Part shown: positions 61,801-64,000 of the stretch, piece by piece | Position numbering within the stretch: the first letter of the stretch is position 1 | Layout of the letters: each line of letters opens with the position of its first letter | DNA from: Lingula anatina | Lineage: Eukaryota > Animalia > Brachiopoda | Assembly: GCA_051362555.1 (NCBI GenBank) | Contig: CM120647.1 | Span: 10,764,651-10,828,650 of the forward strand | DNA length: 64,000 nt | Direction: 5' to 3' | Notes under the pieces: model-generated | The model's database searches: none | Seen by the model: the letters and a program-made list of their open reading frames with translations, nothing else | Told to the model about the DNA's origin: nothing | Translations under genes and position numbers: made by a program

Positions 61801-63531
61801 CAAGATCAATCCATCTCTCCAGGGGATTTCTCATTAAATTGTTTTTAGTTAAAGCTGCTTAGATGTCTGAAGCTGCTAAACGATAATTAATTACCCCCTA
61901 GCAGCTTCAGTAGGCATGACAGACATCTTAGCTGTTAAAGTTGATGCAATTTAGCAAGAATCCCCTTGGAGATAGATTGATCCACAGTTAGTATGAGAGG
62001 GTCTGGGAATGTTCCCTATGGCCACATTAATTTTTAGATAGGAAACTAAAATGTGGCTTTGAGATAATCCAGATAAGGGGTTAAGAGTGTGATTGTTCAC
62101 ATTTTTTTTAAAGTAAACTATTGCAAGAAAACTAACTTTACTTGGAAAGGAGACTATAGCAGACATGCTGAAACCGTCAGTCTGATTGGTCATGACCGGT
62201 AAAATTTGTACGGCCTGTTAAAAATTGGAAATGGTGGGCCCATACAACCAGTAAGAGTTTTCACAGCCACCATTTTGAATTTACAGTCATCATTCGACAT
62301 ACTTCACTAATTAAATTATATAAAGCCCAAAGCATTTTTCCCTTCCATTTCAAACTGACCACATTCACAAACAAAGTAAGCTACCTAATTGTAGTCTCCG
62401 TTTCAAACAAATAAGGTGATTTTCAGTCCGGCAAATTTTTCATTACTGCCGGTCCAAATGTCGGGCCATTCTGAAAAGTTTTCCGGATGTCTGCTATAGA
62501 CAAAAGCACTGCCTTCCAGCAAGTTGTGTTGTACTTGAGCAAAGAGAGGCATAGAATTTTAAGTGTGTTATCCAACTTATGACCTGTCCTAAACCTAGTT
62601 AGGTTTGACTCGAAATGTTTGTCACTACAACTTAATAGGTCTAGTGTAGAATGAATGTTGTAAGCATGTCCCACTTGTAAGTTCAAATGTGGCTGGTGGT
62701 ACCTTCTTAGTAGGCAATATTCCCTTTCCATGCCTTAAAGGTTTTCTATATGGGATTTACCCACCAAATGAATAATGTAGACAAAGATAAGCTGACACTG
62801 AGAAAAATTCAAACATACATAGTATAACTTTAAACAGTTTCAAGAGAAGTTTTGTCATTTTGCAGGAGGAGAGTGGGACATTGTGATATTTACTACAGTG
62901 CGTTCCTTGCCCCAGTACCAGATAATCAAAAATCCAACACAGGGATGGTGCCGAAAGAGCTTGGGCTTTATAACAGATGAACATCAAATTAATGTCGCAC
63001 TTACAAGAGCCCGCAAAGGACTGATCATCATTGGTAACAATTTTTGTAATAAATTTTGTCAAAAAATAGATCCTAATTTAGGTTAGATAGTGAGTTTATG
63101 AGTAATTGTCATCTTATTCCAAAATGTTCAAGGTAACTTTTTAAAGAAGTGCATGCATGTTAAGAAAAGCTTGCTGAAATTGTTGTATTGATGCAATTTT
63201 ATGCACAAAATTATACATGTCAAAAATATTTTTGTTTATGTATTTAAAAATTACTATTCAAGCATTCTTTCAAAATATTGTTTGCCAGTTTTGTTCAAAT
63301 TGAAAAATTTCCTCATACGAGTGCCATTAATGTAGGATTGATAGTTTAAAAAAATGATTTAGAAAAGACACACTGTAAAATTAAAGACATAATATACACT
63401 TTTCCGTTATAGGAAACAAGAATTTGTTAGGTTGTCATCCCGTGTGGAATAGGCTGTTACAGCATTACAATGATCAGAATGCTGTTGTCAATGCTGAAGA
63501 TTTTTTGCGAGGTGGAATAAAAAGCAAGTAG
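369..63531 (+). CDS. HELZ2: HELZ2-like helicase with zinc finger / RNB exoribonuclease, 33 coding exons, about 3750 aa, with N-terminal 2A leader, TPRs and zinc fingers
   Basis: Manual splice model, all introns GT-AG, phases consistent, 11253 nt including stop. Exons: 369-630, 5095-5204, 6120-6151, 9111-9159, 9621-9821, 10105-10147, 20823-20935, 21284-21484, 31596-31659, 32825-33000, 35783-35902, 36277-36316, 37546-37616, 39738-39915, 40221-41450, 42310-42598, 43481-43703, 47344-47490, 47726-48237, 48620-49090, 50002-50196, 50586-51363, 51710-51785, 52517-56474, 56699-56799, 57681-57827, 58392-58526, 58719-59233, 59470-59610, 60317-60547, 60887-61043, 62866-63033, 63413-63531. Two UPF1-like helicases flanking an RNB domain is the HELZ2 architecture. 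The 3' half is secure; the small 5' exons are less certain without RNA data. Confidence 0.88.
1464..1920. repeat. Tandem repeat, about 161-bp unit x3
   Basis: gttcgaaaatcagcatg recurs at about 1542, 1703, 1864. Confidence 0.9.
2320..3360. repeat. Tandem repeat, about 335-bp unit x3, with degenerate copies downstream
   Basis: ttttcaaggtgtgacttt..agttccatga recurs at about 2330, 2665, 3000. Confidence 0.85.
4144..4381 (+). mobile_element. Short Helentron/HINE-type element nested in the family 1 element
   Basis: subTIRs ctctgccaagg / ccttggcagag, tgtttgtctgt motif, 3' hairpin gcactctcaaagtgc, ends ctagtt. Confidence 0.7.
5095..5204 (+). CDS. HELZ2: Coding exon 2 encoding a 2A/StopGo peptide: (G)YLSAGLRLLLLIGLLLLVAGDVEANPG|PSTTPGSEQ
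   Basis: Acceptor ttaaag|5095, donor cag|gtttgt at 5204/5205. DVEANPGP is encoded at 5157-5180 and matches the D(V/I)ExNPGP consensus. Confidence 0.8.
5232..5853. mobile_element. Cluster of palindromic MITEs (Harbinger-like), one nested
   Basis: Inverted ends gcattcacag..tgtgaatg (5235-5408) and cacattcagaa..ttgaatgtg (5420-5850), with an inner gggcattcagaa..ttctgaattgccc element. Confidence 0.55.
6120..10147 (+). CDS. HELZ2: Coding exons 3-6 (6120-6151, 9111-9159, 9621-9821, 10105-10147): linker and first TPR cassette
   Basis: Phases 0-2-0-0-1 chain correctly. Exon 5 reads ...YLERGKEPFKRGEFDVAAEHLSRALE...LLANVYFNRCLCYQMM, a TPR pattern. Confidence 0.75.
6194..8957 (+). mobile_element. Non-autonomous Helentron/HINE-like element, family 2, copy 1, carrying a 146-bp satellite array
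   Basis: subTIR ttgtaccaccagc / gctggtggtacaa, 5' palindrome, (ccgccggct)n tract, 3' hairpin gaggcagtatcgcctc then ctagtt. Confidence 0.8.
7193..8750. repeat. 146-bp satellite array, about 11 monomers
   Basis: tatctccaaaactggc recurs at 7193, 7339, 7485, 7631... with 146-bp period. Confidence 0.95.
9217..9399. mobile_element. Palindromic MITE, same family as 5420-5850 and 41632-41915
   Basis: agaacagaagactaacagatctgtggatcaaatatggc ... gccatatttgatccatggatctgttagtcagctgttct. Confidence 0.65.
10271..13023 (+). mobile_element. Helentron/HINE-like family 2, copy 2, with a 5' internal deletion and an internal duplication splitting the 146-bp array
   Basis: Same termini as 6194-8957. Arrays at about 10950-12125 and 12413-12810; the pre-array segment is repeated at about 12127-12412. 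Confidence 0.8.
15610..16850. repeat. Minisatellite of about 39-44-bp units (core ccttttcagg) with higher-order variant cycling
   Basis: Roughly 25-30 occurrences of (a/c)cagattctgtccttttcagg-like units following a poly-C tract (15582-15603). Confidence 0.9.
17115..17830. repeat. Array of a conserved ~42-bp unit CCTCCCCGCTACGTCGGGTTGAGTGGCATGCTTTTATGACAT separated by variable (TTTA)n spacers
   Basis: About 9 near-identical copies plus degenerate copies at both edges. Confidence 0.9.
20823..21484 (+). CDS. HELZ2: Coding exons 7-8 (20823-20935, 21284-21484): TPR region
   Basis: tttttcag and gtgtag acceptors, gtatag and gtgagt donors; MKKDGIIGFNKQEYMKALAIYGHA is TPR-like. Confidence 0.75.
23482..23531. 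repeat. (AT)n microsatellite
   Basis: About 25 AT units. Confidence 0.95.
25075..26196 (+). CDS. DIRS gag-like ORF1
   Basis: ATG 25075; PPPANL..LKVPKVNTEVW, DIRLQKAQ, RRRELIKP, WLFGDD motifs typical of DIRS ORF1. Confidence 0.85.
   Translation: MADKNSEGNNQPENSGSKTSKVIVKESRPKQKTDKEIKTHAKRVVSASKEISNEEVKVPTPRASASTSNDTSNGGNVDLLGQILQKMEQMQKQINENSKRPLEVDEDDLLALSDEESLDMDLEVDNLLTNTEIHSETEGNIILEKISQELIDEEATSPSIMPELAEILNRITSKRISDEKIKEKLEKFPPPANLGGLKVPKVNTEVWNKILPATRGKDIRLQKAQTRVVRALTPLAQLANMFLEAKNKKESFDIPAGLSLVLNAFSFVANGSIEISLRRRELIKPDLHREYRDVCSPDTPITEWLFGDDFAGVVKGINETNKVATKVGSRKDYHGRNRPAYRPRGFQKYTPSKNGYRNFKKSRPNHAGKPKRD
26100..28310 (+). CDS. DIRS pol: reverse transcriptase, RNase H and DNA N6-adenine methyltransferase-like domain
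   Basis: KKDGKYRLILNL, IDWKDAY, LPNGLASGP, YIDD; YSDAS, NHLELLA, IDN, ADKESR; DLFAS...YAFPPF. Frame is open from 26100, overlapping gag in the -1 frame. Confidence 0.92.
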   Translation, partial: AKRFSKVHTFKKRLQKFQEIKAKSRRQAQAGLERKNEAPKEVSINWSSYIDALKDKLATEIANFTAGNLQKCKKFWPNLTSDKYILNTVSYGINIEIDQSTQQSRIPQTYAFNKVESDIICTEIHQLLEKKVIRKVKHCAGEFISNIFLREKKDGKYRLILNLRKLNTSVVYHHFKMTSLQSAINLMKPQCFMSTIDWKDAYYCLAVCDEHKKLLRFEFDGNLYEYQVLPNGLASGPRVFTKVTKPIFSYLRKLGHMNCPYIDDSLLVGESLQDCRENVMQTVKVSTQAGFTVHPTKSVLEPTQKLDFLGFTLDSVKMQVSLNKRQADKIFSACTDLLQQDCITILQLAKVVGLLVASFPGVEYGPLFYRSLDMRKNQALKASKGDFQAKLQIANDDALKLDLTWWIQNIHSSFKLISHGNPSSVIYSDASEKGWGGACRGITSGGNWSAVESTFHINHLELLAAWFALKCFARDETNIHIKMCIDNTTALSYIARMGGKIPSLNNLARKIWLWCKGKNIWLSVAYIESQNNVEADKESRLDHDNLEWKLHQTVFKDITKQFYLPETDLFASRLNNQLPKYVSWKPDPFAMTTDALSIDWSQINAYAFPPFSLIGKMLSKIEFDQVDSIIVVVPYWTTQVWFSKLSHMLISCPFLLPRKQELLWHPHKNMDNHLPKLQLMAFVLSGKVSKTWHFRQQLSNWSCPHGEIQLSSNTNLTFPDGFNIVVRGTLIPCHQM
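28004..29125 (+). CDS. DIRS tyrosine recombinase (N-terminal SAM-like region plus catalytic domain)
   Basis: YSALNTARSALS, TGQR, PHSTRSA, AGW, FAKYY (R-HxxR-W-Y intact); overlaps the pol 3' end. True start codon uncertain. Confidence 0.92.
   Translation: MDNSSMVFKIEPYVNILSFFTSQEARIAVAPTQKHGQSSSKATANGFCIVRESFEDMAFSPTAVKLVMSSWRDTTVKQYESYISRWIQYCSERNINTLSPNVTDVVNFLAHCFDMGLGYSALNTARSALSTFIMVDKCPAGAHPHVVRLMRGVFTSRPALPRNNVIWDTSLLLNYLKKLSPVKKLNLLQLSKKAVTLTILLTGQRTQSLHLIDIRNITINKSKVTFRFGDLLKQSRPGHHIGEITVTAYAPDRRLCLCTVLMEYMDRVKHLRGNITRLFLTSVKPFKAAAKSTISRWIKQTMNMAGIDMEKFTPHSTRSAASSQAKLAKVPLDTILKTAGWSKDCTFAKYYDKEITQQGQFADAILSGTSAHV
31596..39915 (+). CDS. HELZ2: Coding exons 9-14 (31596-31659, 32825-33000, 35783-35902, 36277-36316, 37546-37616, 39738-39915): end of TPR region and charged linker
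   Basis: KAQFYRAQCFCKSKMYKEAKEAIDTALQL is a TPR; phases chain 0-1-0-0-1-0-1. Confidence 0.68.
31784..32650. mobile_element. Foldback-like MITE with TA flanks and TIRs built from ~40-bp subrepeats
   Basis: ta|tgggcggc ... gccgctcg|ta; attagacgt.gtagttatcagatcagac x3 at left, inverted x4 at right. Confidence 0.65.
33012..35048. mobile_element. Kolobok-like non-autonomous DNA transposon (TTAA flanks)
   Basis: ttaa|agg...cct|ttaa with imperfect TIR (..ttcatg / catgaa..); inverted subterminal tcacgtggt..gacgacaatc / gattgtcgtc..accacgtga. Confidence 0.55.
35068..35229. mobile_element. Small MITE
   Basis: TIR cccttagcaaaata / tattttgctaaggg, internal tgcagcaa subrepeats. Confidence 0.65.
37719..38345. 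mobile_element. Harbinger-like MITE rich in gaatg motifs
   Basis: Imperfect TIR gcccccttcacact / agtgtgacggcggt. Confidence 0.5.
38731..39464. mobile_element. PIF/Harbinger-type MITE with CAG target duplication, nested inside another MITE (about 38569-39517)
   Basis: TIR gcccccgtttcacaaa / tttgtgaaacgggggc flanked by cag on both sides. Confidence 0.8.
40221..43703 (+). CDS. HELZ2: Coding exons 15-17 (40221-41450, 42310-42598, 43481-43703): three CxxC/CCCH modules, a matrin-type C2H2 finger and a further CCCH finger
   Basis: CKYPHSKEE, CPKAHFDIE, CTYAHSTME and CPFAHSEEE motifs; CKYCYKECNSKIQLERHFSSQKH. Confidence 0.88.
41632..41915. mobile_element. Palindromic MITE
   Basis: aaatatggcgaaccctacatgaaagcaagac / gtcttgctttcatgtagggtctgccatattt, ends ttgaataggct. 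Confidence 0.7.
42691..42860. repeat. 58-bp tandem repeat x3
   Basis: ggcaagacaccatgccttctgcaccactagatggtgggcaccac at 42691, 42749, 42807. Confidence 0.95.
43966..47198. mobile_element. 3.2-kb non-autonomous Tc1/mariner/pogo-type element with TA target duplication
   Basis: TIR cggtaatgtgccatgaatttcgaac / gttcgaaattcatggcactttaccg, TA on both sides, no transposase ORF seen. Confidence 0.8.
47344..51785 (+). CDS. HELZ2: Coding exons 18-23: pre-helicase region and SF1 (UPF1-like) helicase 1
   Basis: FGTFEQILLLDFG, Walker A GAFGTGKT, SAADLY, Walker B IFIDEAGQ, LAGDNRQL, NYRS, VVTPYEGQ, VENIQG|LEF. Confidence 0.92.
52517..56474 (+). CDS. HELZ2: Coding exon 24 (3958 nt): helicase 1 motif VI, acidic linker, cold-shock-like region, RNB (RNase II) domain
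   Basis: LLNTAMGRAR, FTIDPKDSEDLDDALS, VGVHIADVS, CSLLEGKDR, EFMILTN, HFALNVPIYTQVSSPIRRYMDL. Confidence 0.95.
56699..63531 (+). CDS. HELZ2: Coding exons 25-33: SF1 helicase 2 and C-terminus
   Basis: LIQGPPG|TGKS, CGPSNKSVD, IVDECGM, LIGDHKQL, QYRM|H, LSQYRAQ, SQG|GEWD, INVALTRARKGLIIIG|N; stop TAG at 63529-63531. Confidence 0.93.
61773..62012. mobile_element. Palindromic MITE related to the 38569-39517 element
   Basis: ttcccata..tagatcaatc..atctctccaggggatt / aatccccttggagatagattgatc..tctgggaa. Confidence 0.55.
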
Positions 63532-63712
63532 ACATTTTATACTTAAATTATAATGGAAAATTAAAGTGAATTAACATATATGTTTAATTGAATAGAGAGA
63601 TAAAACTGTTGTGAGGTATCAGAATTTTTCTTTCCTAACTAGTTACCAAGAGATTTGGAGAATTATGCCCCCTGTCATCATAATTAAAACAAAATAGAGA
63701 TAGAGATAATTG

Positions 63713-63718
63713 AATAAA
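63713..63718 (+). promoter_or_regulatory. Candidate polyadenylation signal
   Basis: AATAAA about 180 nt after the stop, followed by GT/T-rich sequence; weak evidence in AT-rich DNA. Confidence 0.3.
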
Positions 63719-64000
63719 GTGTTTGAGCTTTTGATTTCCCCATACTCCTTTTACATTCCTAATGCACTTGATATGTCTTGTTAGCAAAATTTCCTTGTAT
63801 TGGACTCATACAAAAGAAAGTAACTGAAGAAGCCCTACTGGTGACTTGATTTGATAATTTGCATATCAAATATTTCTCAATATAGACACAGAGAAAGAGA
63901 TCCTACCTGCAGAAAAAGTAATTCATACACAATTTTTCATATGAATGCTTTTAGGTACTGAGTTCTACAAAAATTTAGCACCCAGGATGCAAAGACAACT

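Overview
AT-rich, intron-rich eukaryotic DNA, probably from a marine invertebrate (inferred from the repeat families and gene type). One + strand gene spans almost the whole window. It is a 33-exon HELZ2-like RNA helicase/3'-5' exoribonuclease (ATG 369 to TAG 63531, about 3750 aa), assembled by hand from GT-AG sites with consistent phases. Domain order: basic leader, hydrophobic segment with a 2A/StopGo motif (DVEANPGP, exon 2, absent from the ORF track), duplicated TPR cassettes, ZC3H7-like CCCH/C2H2 zinc fingers, SF1 helicase 1, RNB nuclease with all four catalytic Asp, SF1 helicase 2. The introns are full of mobile DNA. They hold an intact DIRS1-type tyrosine-recombinase retrotransposon (24667-29793) with a correctly phased A_AAA_AAC -1 slippery site and a 7.1-kb ORF-less element with split direct repeats A1-B1A2-B2 (13394-20484). 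They also hold Helentron/HINE-like elements carrying satellite arrays and many MITEs. The most striking observation is a virus-style ribosome-skipping 2A peptide at the N-terminus of a putative host RNA-defence helicase-nuclease.
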